This document shows positions 24,386 through 38,900 of a stretch of DNA of 51,213 nt, one piece after another. Position numbers and translations under genes: made by a program. The notes below the pieces were generated by a model that saw only the letters and a program-made list of their open reading frames with translations, was not told the DNA's origin and made no database searches. Every line of letters begins with the position of its first letter. The stretch's first letter is position 1. The stretch spans positions 3,882,269 through 3,933,481 of the forward strand of contig NC_069007.1 in assembly GCF_001194135.2 (NCBI RefSeq). Direction: 5' to 3'. The DNA is from Octopus bimaculoides. Taxonomy: Eukaryota.

Positions 24386-24653
24386 AAGTAGCAAGCTGGC
24401 AGATTCGTTAGCATGCCAGGCAAAATGCTTAGCAGTATTCCATCTGTCTTAATGTTCTGAGTTCAAATTCCAGCAAGGTCGCCTTTGCTTGTCATGTTTC
24501 TGGGGTCGATGAAATAAATACCAGTTATGCACTGGGGTCGATGAAATAAATACCAGTTATGCACTGGGGTCGATGTAATTGACTCATCCCTCCCCACCCA
24601 AAAAAAATTTGCTGCCCTTGTGGCAAAATTTGAAATCATCATCATCATCATCA

Positions 24654-24721
<68 letters not shown>

Positions 24722-25526
24722 TCTATCACTAGGCCATAGTGCATTTTCAGAATAATTTCTGACAAAAACATGACAAAAATGCAATTATGATGATGGTGAT
24801 GTTTATGATGATAATGATGGTGATGATGATGGCCGTGCTGAAGGTCCCTCTCCACAGCTATGTCTATTCTGATCTTACCGTTTCTTTCTCAATAATCTCA
24901 TCAGTAATCTTGTGAAACAAGTACACCATCTCACGGACATACTGCAACGGGAAATAAGGGAAGCTGCCCTTTTTGCACAAATATTGCCTCCTCAGTGCAG
25001 TCTGTGACGATTCATGCAGGTAGGTGAGTGCAGCTGTAGATATTTCAATTTTGGTGTTGGTATCCTCAAAGTTGGTCACATGTTTAATGTAGAGTTGCTG
25101 CAAAGTTAGAAGACCACAGGTTACCACATGGTGAATAGGGGCGGGAACAGATTACTACATGCCGAAAAAGAATGGGGGGAAGATTTCTACATGTTGAATA
25201 GTGCCGAAGGGAAATGGCTACATGTTCAATAGAAAGTGCTGCAAGATCACTACATGTTTAATATAGGCATGGAAAGGTTACTACATGTTTAACAAGAGTG
25301 TGTGTGTGTGTGTGTGTGGGGCATTACCACATGTTGGATAGGAATGTGGGAAGATTATCACATCATCAATAATTATGAGACATTACCAACATGTTTCATC
25401 TAGTGTTGCAATGAAGGAGGTATGTATATATATGTATGTATATGCGTGTGTATCTGTGTATATATTTATGTAGGTGTGTATATGTTTATGCATGTGTGTG
25501 TGTGTGTATGTTTATATGTATGTATG

Positions 25527-25564
<38 letters not shown>

Positions 25565-26092
25565 GCTACATGTGTAAAGGATGGTGTGCATGGAGGCTGA
25601 GTAGTGTGCACATGTTTAGAGTTGCTGTAAGGTTAGATGATGATATGTTTAACATAGTGTTGGCTAAGGGTGAGAGAAGATTAGATTATCACGGAGAGAG
25701 AAAAATGTGTAGGGATTAACAATTCAATGTGATGAAATGACCCTTTTCTTTGCTGTAAATTTGGATTAGGGTTCTGTGAATTTGAACTATATGTGTTTAT
25801 ATATGCAGGAATGTATCCCTGCATTGACCAGATTATTGGATGTGGTTACACATCGCTGGTCACAATGTGCTTCCTTTCTATTGTTGTAGCTTTTGAATGA
25901 TCGCTAGGTGAGCAGGCTAAGAAATCCCATGTACAGAATGCTAGTCCACCACGAGGTTATCCGTTTACAGCTGAGTGGAATGAAGGGTGTTGCTCAAGAA
26001 TACAATGCACTTCAGGGTCCAGGAACTGAAACCGAAAGCACAAGATTGTGGTTTCAATTCCTACCCTAACTAACTGGCCCTGGCCTTACACC

Positions 26093-26130
<38 letters not shown>

Positions 26131-29100
26131 GCCCTACCTGTGTATTGTCTTCTTCAAACCATTGTGAGATCATTTCTTGATAGGCCTCTGTTGACAAAGG
26201 TGGGTTTGTCATGATGGAGTAAGAACTGGTCAGGAAAGCTGGATATTTCTCAAAGTATTTATGAAGAGAGTTAACCGACTTTTTACAAGCTGTTAGAAAC
26301 AAATACAAAAGCAAACAAAAATAAAGAATAGATAAACTTTATGTACAAATTACAGCAACTACACAGTTTCAAATACAGTTCAAATCACATGGTTTAGGAT
26401 ATAATTCACAGTTAAGATAATTACACTGAGTAACAAAATTTTAATTTTTTTTTTCTATCTTTGGTCTCTAACTGTTATTTCCTGTTTGCTTCTATTTAGA
26501 AATCAAAGGAAATGACTACCATTCCCTTCAAACTTTGCTTGTCATCCGGACATCAGTATTTTAAAACTGACCTATTTTCCATTACATTTCACATAGATTC
26601 AGCACTGAGTTGCTGAAGCAGAAATATCGTTATAACAAATATTCTGCTCAACACCACAGATTAGCTTGTCACTTACTTGAACTCAACCAGTTGAGCATGT
26701 CTCTTAGCGGCTGACAATATATGCATCTCTGATCAAGAGCAGAAGTAGTGGGGGAGCATCATAGCGATATATTGAGAGGGATTCTTTGGGGTTTGAATAA
26801 ATATCGTAACAAAAGCTAAGTTTGAAGGAAATATTAACCATTTTTCACACTTTCTAGGGACCAGCAAATAGGAAACAACAGTTGGTAGCCAAGGACAAAA
26901 ATCGTGTTCCACAGTGTTATTCAGTTTAACACAATAATTACCTTTGCTAGACAAAATAAACATCATATGAAGGTTGTTTCGTATCTGTTGATCTAGCTTG
27001 TTAATTGCTCTGGCCAGTTGTTCTGTATATCGGATCTTACTAGCACTGCCATAGTCTGGCCTGTGAGCACCAATATCCATTTTGCTCTTACTCAATCTAA
27101 ATTTGCTTTTGTCAAGTTTCATTTTGCTCCAGATCATGCTCAATGCAGGTTTGGTCTTGCTCTTGCTGTCTGTTGCCACAATTTTGGCCTTGCTGTCAGT
27201 TGCCATAACTTTGGTCTTGATTTCACTGCTGGGGGACTCTGCAATTTTGACATCAATGTCGGCAGAGGTGTTGCTACCAGTAGCATTGTTGTTGCTATGG
27301 AGCTGGTCGCTGTCGTGGTTACCAAGTTTTGCATTGTTGGTGCTATTAATGGTGGTTTTGTTGTTGTGGTTATTGACTTTGTTGAATTGGCTGCTGTCGT
27401 TGTGATTTCTGCTGTTTTTGCTGTTCTGGTTAATATTGTTGCCATAACTGCTGTCACTGCCTATGGTGCAATTATCGCTGTTGTCAATATCGCCTTCAGC
27501 TTCACTATCACTACCACCACCACCGCCATCCTCCTCCTCCTCATTGTCATCATCATCACTAACACTATAAACATCACCACCACCACCACCACCACCACCA
27601 CCACCAGCAGCAGCAGCACCACCACCACCACCACCAGCAATAACACTTCCAGTTAATATCTTCCAGTTCTTGCCCAGGAACTCAAGCGCCAACTTTCTTA
27701 GCGCATTCAAATCGTCATAGAGGGTCCGACAGTAACCTGAAATCGATACAAAAATTACAATAAAAAAAAGTTTGTGATTTTCCATTTTTAGAAAATGCTT
27801 GAAATTAAATTAAATTTAATTTAATTTAAAAAAAATTAAATTAAATACAAAAAAAACACAAAAAACAAAAAAAAAGTAGGTATAAACACATGAACAAACA
27901 AATAAATAAAAACAAAAATAAACGAACATGTATAAACAGGGGATACAGATAATAGAGGCACTCCCCATACACACACATGCACTTACAAAAACATAGACAC
28001 ACATAGAGGGATACACATGCGTAGACACATATAATAGGAATACAAAATACAAAATGGCTGATCGTTAGCAAGGAGGGACACACATATAAGAAAGAAGAAA
28101 GCAAAGGACCACTGATGAGGTCACAGTAGTGTGACGAAAGAACTCTGGCCGAAATAGGATTAATGTAAAATTAAGCTGAAGCAGATTAACACCAAATATA
28201 CAGTACGTGTGTTTTTATTGGCTAAACTGGCAACATGACCATCCCCAAGTACAACAACAGCTTTTATTTTAATTTTAGTTTTTGAGGTTACAAATATCTG
28301 ACCTTTCAATTATTTGCATCTTTCTCAAGCATTAGTTTTTCACTCTAAGGTTTCCCTTACAGATAACAATGAAATGAAAAAAAAAGCTTTATAAGACTTA
28401 ATGAAAACCCTTTTGAAATAGATTACTGTTGATTCCCATGTAGCATTTATGTTTCTAAAACATTACCAAAATTGACCTCACATGTGCTTGTGCCATGTAA
28501 AAAGCACAAAGTCCACTCTACTGGGTGGTTGGTGTTAGGAAGGGCATCAAGCCATAAAACCCATGCCAAAGCAGACACAGAAGTCTGATGCCAGCTCCTG
28601 TCAAATTATATATATATATATATATCATCATCATCATTTAACGTCCGCTTTCCATGCTAGCATGGGTTGGACGATTTGACTGAGGACTGGTGAAACCGGA
28701 TGGCAACACCAGGCACCAATCTGATTTGGCAGAGTTTCTACAGCTGGATGCCCTTCCTAACGCCAACCACTCAGAGAGTGTAGTGAGTGCTTTTANNNNN
28801 NNNNNNNNNNNNNNNNNNNNNNNNNNNNNNNNNNNNNNNNNNNNNNNNNNNNNNNNNNNNNNNNNNNNNNNNNNNNNNNNNNNNNNNNNNNNNNNNNNNN
28901 NNNNNNNNNNNNNNNNNNNNNNNNNNNNNNNNNNNNNNNNNNNNNNNNNNNNNNNNNNNNNNNNNNNNNNNNNNNNNNNNNNNNNNNNNNNNNNNNNNNN
29001 NNNNNNNNNNNNNNNNNNNNNNNNNNNNNNNNNNNNNNNNNNNNNNNNNNNNNNNNNNNNNNNNNNNNNNNNNNNNNNNNNNNNNNNNNNNNNNNNNNNN

Positions 29101-31405
29101 NNNNNNNNNNNNNNNNNNNNNNNNNNNNNNNNNNNNNNNNNNNNNNNNNNNNNNNNNNNNNNNNNNNNNNNNNNNNNNNNNNNNNNNNNNNNNNNNNNNN
29201 NNNNNNNNNNNNNNNNNNNNNNNNNNNNNNNNNNNNTATATATAGATTTACACACACATATGTATATGTCTATTTGTATATCTATCTATCTATCTATCTA
29301 TTTATATATATATTTGTATGTATGCCTGTATGTATATATGCATGTGTGTGTTTGTCCTTGTCACCATTGGTTGACAACCAGTGTTGGTTTGTTTATGTTC
29401 CCATAAATTTGTGATTCAGCAAAAGAGACTAATAGAATAAATAGGTTCCAAGCTTTAAAATTAGTACTGGGGTCTATTTGCCAAACTAAAAACCCTTCCA
29501 GGCAGAGTCCCAGAATGGCTGCAGTCCAATGACTGAAACAAGCAAAAGGTAAAAGGTATACTCCCAGAAAAAGGACACACATACACACACGTTAGCACAC
29601 ACACACACACATGCAAGCAGAAAAACACACACACATGTAAGCACACATACACACACATATAAGCATGCACACATACATGTGTAAGCAAACACATGTAAGC
29701 ATACACACACACATGTAAGCAAGCATGCACACACACACATGTAAGCACGCACACATACACATACGCAAGCACACACACACACACATGTAAGCACCCACAC
29801 AGACACATGTAAGCGCACACACACACATACACACATGTAAGCACACGCACACACACATCACACATGTTAGCATGCACACATACACGCAAGCACGCACATG
29901 TAAGCACAGACATGTTAGCACACACGCACACACATATATATACACATACACACTCATGAAGATACATCAAAGAAAGAAACTGTTTAACCAAAACTGTGCC
30001 CATCACCCAAAAGAGACAAATGTCTAGATTATAAAAGAGTGTTTGCTCAACAAATACCATCGACCATGATCGAAAGAAGATGGGACAAGTCACAGGATGT
30101 GGCCACATCATCAGTTATCAGAAGAACAGCTGGTCGATTCATGACAATGGTGTAATGGATGGCCTCTTTCAGACATGTATTGAGTACTTCATTGGCATCT
30201 GCCGGCAGACATTTTGTAAGGTCTGGTGTGAAGACCTGAGAACAAGTAGAAAAAGAAATATTTACAATCAAAACTATGCCAAGTAATGGTTGATACCAAA
30301 CTACTCAAAACTGCCCATGTGTCTATGCTGTAAACTTTCTATTTTAAACTGAACTAAATTAAAACATGCCATAAAAATTTCATATTAATTTATGTTCCAA
30401 ACTCCACTATGACTTGTATTTCTGGCTGTAATACTTTGTGTTACTGTAATCAGCCACCAGGGTAGTTCACCACTGCTATGATTTTGTTGTCATCTACTTG
30501 TTGCAAATAGTTGACAGGTGGATGAAAGTTTGTTAGCATTCATTCCCTTCTTCTTTCCAGGATAATTTTTCATTTAGACAATAACAGAAATGTTTCTTAA
30601 AAATAAAGGGCAAATAGGGGTAAAGACCCCCTTCGATCATGAACGACCATGGGATTGCACCTAGAAAGTTTCCCGACTTTTAATCAAGAAATAATATGAC
30701 AGCTGAGATGGATGTCTTCCTGGGGCTATAAACGTCAGTGGCACCGTCCTGTATAGGACGCCACACTAATATGCTCTAACACAGATACTCACCTTCATAT
30801 TTGCTGCAAAAGCAGCAAATTTGCAGAGAGTTAGTTGGATTGAAGTTCTTGTTGAATCGACGATAGAGATACTGTGGCCATGATCCATTGCCTGGAACGA
30901 GATAGCAACAGCCATGAGTTAAGCTCATGTTTAGCAAATATTAACAAACATGTTTGAAATAGCAATGAGTTGAGCTGTTGAGCATCCCACCAATAAACAG
31001 GCCAAGTGAAGTGCTGTTGTGATAGAGGGACACAGTTTATCAACATGACTGTCATCATCATCATCATCAAACAGCCAAAACAGTTTAACAACAGAAATGT
31101 AGGATGGACAGAGAACAACAGTTAAAACAATTTAGCAATACAATTGTGAGCAGATCTAGATAGGAACATACAAGGGGGATAGTGAAACGTTCCTGGCTTT
31201 GGGTAAAAGAAAATACAGGAGGATCAGTTAATAATAAAGATTATTCAACATATTCTACCCTCAGATACACACACTTATTGCAGCAGTCCTTCAGTTTTTC
31301 TAAGCCCTGCAAAAGAATTCAGAAGGTTAGGCCTCCAACCAGATACCCTTAAAGTCAGGAACTTTTTAGCACCCTCTTGTGTATATATATGCATGTGTGT
31401 ATGTG

Positions 31406-31458
<53 letters not shown>

Positions 31459-31781
31459 NNNNNNNNNNNNNNNNNNNNNNNNNNNNNNNNNNNNNNNNNN
31501 NNNNNNNNNNNNNNNNNNNNNNNNNNNNNNNNNNNNNNNNNNNNNNNNNNNNNNNNNNNNNNNNNNNNNNNNNNNNNNNNNNNNNNNNNNNNNNNNNNNN
31601 AGGGGGATAGTGAAACGTTCCTGGCTTTGGGTAAAAGAAAATACAGGAGGATCAGTTAATAATAAAGATTATTCAACATATTCTACCCTCAGATACACAC
31701 ACTTATTGCAGCAGTCCTTCAGTTTTTCTAAGCCCTGTAAAAGAACTCGGAAGATTAGACCTCCAGCCAGGCCTTTTATAA

Positions 31782-31851
<70 letters not shown>

Positions 31852-32940
31852 GCATACATATACACAAGGAGGTTCTAAAACGTTCCTGGCTTTAAAGGTA
31901 TCATGAAAGGTCTGGATGGAGGCCCAACCTTCTGAGTTCTTTTCCCCTCTCAGATCTACCCACTTATTGCACTGCCTCCATGAGGCCCAACACTCAAATA
32001 GTGCTTTTTACATGCCACAGGCACGGGTGCCAGTCAGATGGCACTGGTATTGGCCATGATTTTTTGCAACCATGGTTCAGTTGATGCTTGGGTGTCTTGG
32101 AGAGAAAAGATGTTACCAGATAATTGTCAGAAGCCACTGAGAAAGGAATCCATTACATCTGGCTCAAGAGAGAGGACAAGAGGTGCAGCATGAATGAGTT
32201 TTGAGGATGACAGAAACATCTGGCCCAGAGTCACATCTCACTCAACAAAGACCATACAGTTGTGTGGGAGATTTGTTGCTTACATTGATGAGTGACCCTG
32301 GGAAGGTCAGGTATCATGCTGAAGCGCCTACAGAGCTGTTTCACTGCCTGATGAGACAGTAACACCTGAATCCAGAGATGAAATACAGCAACACCCTCAC
32401 CACCGGAAAACGCTTTAATACAACAGCAATGATGGTAATTTAAAGAAATCTCAGAGTCCCTGTGAAGATCATGATGCTGGTCCTTTCACTTTGAATAAAC
32501 CACTAGAACTAAAAAAAACCCACAAAAGAAACAGCCCTCAAAGACCAACACCAAAGTAAAGAATCTTCCTTACCAAGGCACGTGTTAAGCAGGCAATTCT
32601 TTGTTGGGCTTCATTGAATGGCACCAGATTCCATTTTGGTTGATAGTTCTCATTGTATTTCTTCATTATGGTATCCAGCATGGCCATTAGCCTGTCTTCA
32701 GTTCCTTCAATGTAGGCTACAAGACATTGGAATTTAGCTTAGTGCTAGGATTGAACCCAGATATTATTTGACTTAGAAATTATGGTGTTGAGTTGGCAGA
32801 ACCATTGGTGCACCGGACAAACTGCCATTCCCTCCAGTTTTACATTCCGAGTTCAAATTCTGCTGAGGTCGACTTGCCTTTCACCCTTTCAGGGTCGATG
32901 AAATAAATACTCATTAAGCATTGCAATTACTATAATTAAT

Positions 32941-32987
<47 letters not shown>

Positions 32988-35900
32988 CCAACCAACCAAC
33001 CAACCAACCAACCAACCAACCCATCATCATCATCATCATCATCACCACCACCACCACCATCACCATCATCATCATCGTTTGATGTCCGCTTTCCATGCTA
33101 GCATGGGTTGGACGATTTGACTGAGGACTGGTGAAACCGGATGGCAACACCAGGCTCCAATCTGATTTGGCAGAGTTTCTACAGCTGGATGCCCTTCCTA
33201 ATGCCAACCACTCCGAGAGTGTAGTGGGTGCTTTTACGTGCCACCGGCACGAAGGCCAGTCAGGAGGTACTGGCAACGGCCACGCTGAAATGGTCATTAA
33301 AACAATGATGATGATTCTGTACATGACAACAGCTGTTTGACATAACTTGGTCAGTAACAAAGTGAGTATTGGTCAAGCACTGCCCAAGTGCAGTCTGATG
33401 GCACTTCTGCGGTCTAATGACTGTCAAAGCCTAAAGTTTTGGGGAAGGGAACAGCTGACTATATTGTCCCTAGAAGGATTAAATGCAAAGTTGACCATGG
33501 CAGAATTTGAACTCAGAATGTAAAGGGCTTGGAACAAATACTGAAAAGGTATTTTGTCCGATGCTTAAACAATTCCGTTAATCCAACAATGAAATAAAGA
33601 AATAAAAACAATGTTTCACTCACCTGTGTGCAGGTAAGGTTCATCTTTCAGGTAAAGAATGTATTTAGTAAAAAGTATGTCTCTGAGGGATTTAAATGAT
33701 CCTCTGACCTGTGGACGAAAGAAATAAAATGTTTAAATTTGGTCTGGAGGTTATGTGGTACCTGGTTTTGTAGGGGAATTTTTGTGGTCGGGAAGACATG
33801 TTGTGTGAGCTGTAAGTGCAGTGGTGAGGTCAGGACACATTGGATAATGGAGTCCAAGGTATGAATAGGATAGATATTGTTATGGAAGCAAGAATTTCGA
33901 TTTAATCCTTTAGATTCAAATTGACCATATCCAACCCGATTATTCTACATATGTTATGTTCAAACTGGCCAGATCTGGCCTCTCACACCTCTCCTACAAT
34001 GTCAGTCTAAAAATAAACAATCACATCGCAGAAATCCCAAAGCTGTGAGATGACGAATGATTCATTCAAAACAATGTGAATAAAAAAAGCATTATATTAG
34101 ACAGATTAATGTGGATGCTAAAAAGGGTTAAGATTAATTAGAGCAAGGTGGATTGATTGGGCAAACGAAGAAAAAAACAAAACAAACAAACAACAACAAC
34201 TCACCTCATTCAATGAAATGGTAAATTCTCCTTCTACGGACTTCTTTCTGGCGGGTGTAACGCAAGAAGTTGCAGCTACATGTGAAAACGCTTCAAATAT
34301 AAGTAAAAAAATCACCACTCATTTCATTATTTGAAACACACACACACACACTTACCACATTTATTGTGCGCAGTTCAAGAGTTCTATATATATATATATA
34401 TATATACTAGCAGAAATACCCGGCTTTGCCCGGGTTAAAGAGAATAATGAAATCTAAAAACGCCGTCTAGACTACGCAACCCTCAACTGTTAGTAGCTAC
34501 GATACCATATTTCTACATTAATAACTCTCCAATCCATGCCAGCATGGAACATAGACATTAAGTGGAATGCCAGTCTCTCATCCAGGAGGGCCTTGAAATC
34601 AATGTTACCAACTGGGGACTATGTGTGTCGTAGTGATAATAANNNNNNNNNNNNNNNNNNNNNNNNNNNNNNNNNNNNNNNNNNNNNNNNNNNNNNNNNN
34701 NNNNNNNNNNNNNNNNNNNNNNNNNNNNNNNNNNNNNNNNNNNNNNNNNNNNNNNNNNNNNNNNNNNNNNNNNNNNNNNNNNNNNNNNNNNNNNNNNNNN
34801 NNNNNNNNNNNNNNNNNNNNNNNNNNNNNNNNNNNNNNNNNNNNNNNNNNNNNNNNNNNNNNNNNNNNNNNNNNNNNNNNNNNNNNNNNNNNNNNNNNNN
34901 NNNNNNNNNNNNNNNNNNNNNNNNNNNNNNNNNNNNNNNNNNNNNNNNNNNNNNNNNNNNNNNNNNNNNNNNNNNNNNNNNNNNNNNNNNNNNNNNNNNN
35001 NNNNNNNNNNNNNNNNNNNNNNNNNNNNNNNNNNNNNNNNNNNNNNNNNNNNNNNNNNNNNNNNNNNNNNNNNNNNNNNNNNNNNNNNNNNNNNNNNNNN
35101 NNNNNNNNNNNNNNNNNNNNNNNNNNNNNNNNNNNNNNNNNNNNNNNNNNNNNNNNNNNNNNNNNNNNNNNNNNNNNNNNNNNNNNNNNNNNNNNNNNNN
35201 NNNNNNNNNNNNNNNNNNNNNNNNNNNNNNNNNNNNNNNNNNNNNNNNNNNNNNNNNNNNNNNNNNNNNNNNNNNNNNNNNNNNNNNNNNNNNNNNNNNN
35301 NNNNNNNNNNNNNNNNNNNNNNNNNNNNNNNNNNNNNNNNNNNNNNNNNNNNNNNNNNNNNNNNNNNNNNNNNNNNNNNNNNNNNNNNNNNNNNNNNNNN
35401 NNNNNNNNNNNNNNNNNNNNNNNNNNNNNNNNNNNNNNNNNNNNNNNNNNNNNNNNNNNNNNNNNNNNNNNNNNNNNNNNNNNNNNNNNNNNNNNNNNNN
35501 NNNNNNNNNNNNNNNNNNNNNNNNNNNNNNNNNAATACTTAAATAGTGGAGGAGATATTATGTTGCCGTGGGCTCGAACTCTGCAAGAAGTTAATAATTT
35601 TTTTTGACTAAAACACAACTGGAACCCTAAGTAAGGCATCTGTAAAATTTGAATGAAATTGGTTGCGTAGTTCTCGAGTTTTAGGGATTCACCCAGACAG
35701 ACAGACAGACAGACACACATTCTCATTTTTATATATATAGATATATATAATCCTTTCTACTATAGGCACAAGGCCTGGAATTTGTGGGGAGCGGGATAGT
35801 CGATTACATCAACCCCAGTACTTGACTGGTACTTAATTTATCAACCCTGAAAGGATGAAAGGCAAAGTCAACCTCGGCAGAATTTGAATATATACACATT

Positions 35901-38900
35901 TACACACACACACATATATATATATATGTAATTTATTGTGCTTTTAATTATTAATTTTTCTATATGTGATAGTGGATTTTCATCGATGAGTTCTTGAAAC
36001 TTGGTTATTTTCCCTAAAACTATATATTTTATATATATATATATGTATGTATGTATGTATATGTATGTATATATAATTGTTAAACAGGACATCAAACATC
36101 TCAAGTCATATATGATATTATTAGAGGAAGAAGTTCAGAATCTTACAGCTGCGTCTGGGTTGTTCTTGAGTTTGCGGTATTTCAGCACCTGAGACAAATT
36201 GAGGGGGGGGGGGAAAGGAAAATGAGAAATGGTGTATATCAATAAGATGAGAGCATAGAGGAAGGGAGTAAAAGAATAAGGAGATGGAAAGAGATAGAAG
36301 AAAAAAGAGGCATAAAAGGTCATAGTTCAACTTTCCGAAGTCATAGAAACCACGGAACCCCAGTAATCCGTTACAGCACTTACCTGGTGTACCTAATCGT
36401 TTAGATCACCCATTCCCCCATCCCACACACTCTTGCAGCCTCTACCCTTCTACTGCCCTCTTACTCTTCCAGTTTTCGTCCCCATTCACTTCTGGTCACC
36501 TTAAACCTTGAGGGTCCACAGAACAACCCTATTTCTATCTGTTTTCCGCTCCATCCCGATCGTCTCCCTGTCCCCATCTCTTTGAAAATGTAACCCCATA
36601 ACCTCTGGTCCCCTTCTTTAATGCTTTAATCCTTAATCTCTTTAGCATAAAGCTGTCTCTCGCAGGATTCGTAGTCCTGCAGGCTGTCAGATGCTGGTGG
36701 CATGTGAAAAAGTACCCAGTACATGCTAAAAAGGGGTTTACCTTATGAAGGGCAACACCCAGCCATAGAAACCATGCCATGCTTTCCCTGTTTTCTAAAA
36801 TGTATGTAGTTGTGTAAATAAGAAAAAAGTAAGTAAAAACCCCTAACTGGTGACTGGAGGGGAAGGCTGTCCTCTCAACCAATACACTGTTTTGGGTGTC
36901 ACTGGATGATGGACTCTGGTGATTATGTTATTCCAGGCTGGCCTTAGTATGCTTGAGGTTACGGCACAGCAACTTCGTGTCTTCCTCAATTTGTTTTGCC
37001 CATGAAGAATACACATGTACTTGTATCATCATCATCATCGTTTAACGTCCGCTTTCCATGCTAGCATGGGTTGGACAATTTGACTGAGGACTGGTGAAAC
37101 CAGATGGCTGCACCAGGCTCCAATCTGATTTGGCAGAGTTTCTACAGCTGGATGCCCTTCCTAATGCCAACCACTCCGAGAGTGTAGTGGGTGCTTTTAC
37201 GTACCCACTATATGATGAACAAAATGAATAATAATAATAACCATGTAATAAAAAATACGTTCCTCCTACCTCATATCATGGACGCTTCTCTCTCTCTCTT
37301 TCTGTCTCACTTTTTGCCTTATACTCTTTTTCTCTCTCCTTTTACTTTCTCTCTTTGGTGTGGTGCACTGGATCCTGCAGTGTGTGGGTCACTGCTGCCA
37401 CAAAAATTGGTGTGGTAGTCTTTTGGGGCTCATCCTGCAGACATAGCCAAATCCCTGTGGCCTGTACTGCTGGACTTAGTTGTGTAGTTCCTCTACAAGA
37501 GGCCCATCCTGTTCTGACCTGTTCCCTTATACTCTTAATCTCTCATCTCCTCATGCAAAGCCCCCACCCTTTCCTGGATTTCATGGTCTAGCAAGCTGTA
37601 TGGTAACCTTACTAGAACTGGTGGCATGAAAAGAACACCGAATATACATTGTAAAGATATTGGCATCGAGAAGGGAATTCAACCCTAAAAACCAGGTCAA
37701 AGTAGACACTTGAGCATGATGCACCGATTGAACCTTTCAGATCCTGTCAAACCATCCAACCCATACCATCATGGAACACGGATGTTAATTGGTGATGATG
37801 ATGATGATGATGATAATGATGATGATGACTAAATAGGGAACTTTTAGAATACTTTTTGTTTTTTTTCATTCTTTCTTGTTGCTACTTACTTGGAGTTTGT
37901 ACATTCAACAGGAGGAAGGTGAATTCTTCGGAGATGCATTCGCTATCAGGACTTGTCCTTGTAATGGTGAAAGTACTGCCAGCTTCTGAAGTCTGGCCCA
38001 ACTTTCTTACTGTTGTCTTTGAGGAAGCCATAGTATGAGCTGAACCTCTGGTAGGTGTTGCACCTGTATGAATAGAGAGAGAGAAAAAGAGAGAGAGAGG
38101 GTTAGGTGATGGTGTATGAACACAGGGCCAAAAAGTCATGCACAAAATAAGTTCAATATGCTCCAGAATGGCCAAAGACATGCTTGAATTCTTCTAAAAT
38201 TGAATAAAATAAATAAAATAATGGCCTGGTGATGAGTCAGAGGTAAAGAATGATTGCCTCTGCTTCACTGATTTGGAAAAGAAAGATCTGAGAGAAAGAA
38301 ATATAATGAGAATAATATAAATGAAGGAAAAGGAATGCAAAGGAAAGAAGGAAGAAGAAAGGAAAAAGAAAAAAGAGGAAGAAAAGGAAAAAGGAGAGGA
38401 AGAAGGTAAGGAAAGGAGGATAGGGAGAAGAAGGTAGGGAGGGAAGAGAGAAGAAAGAAGAGAGAAAAGAGAGGAAGAAAGAAGAGGAGAAAGGAAGAGA
38501 AGAAGGAGGGAAAGAAGGAAAGAAAAAAATGAAAAAAAGTGAAAAATGAGATTTACTCAAATGAAAATCTGAATCCGTTTCTTCTTCTTCATCTTCTGTG
38601 TCCGATCGTGGGGCATTGGCCTTCTCGTCATCGATCTCGTGGCTGTATTGGGACATCCCGAAATTCGTGCCCAGGTAGGCAAAGGAAGACGGGGAGCTTT
38701 CTGGAAAACTCTTGTCCTGGAAAAGTTTAANNNNNNNNNNNNNNNNNNNNNNNNNNNNNNNNNNNNNNNNNNNNNNNNNNNNNNNNNNNNNNNNNNNNNN
38801 NNNNNNNNNNNNNNNNNNNNNNNNNNNNNNNNNNNNNNNNNNNNNNNNNNNNNNNNNNNNNNNNNNNNNNNNNNNNNNNNNNNNNNNNNNNNNNNNNNNN

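Noticed and set aside
27018-27656. Plus-strand 212-aa and other overlapping ORFs
   Set aside because: Antisense or off-frame shadows of the triplet-repeat-rich dynein exon 18.
32310-32375. CTGATGAG near the REL-LINE 3' end as a hammerhead
   Set aside because: No GAAA partner and no convincing stems.
33648-33857. 69-aa ORF in the track
   Set aside because: The real exon 14 uses another frame defined by its splice sites.
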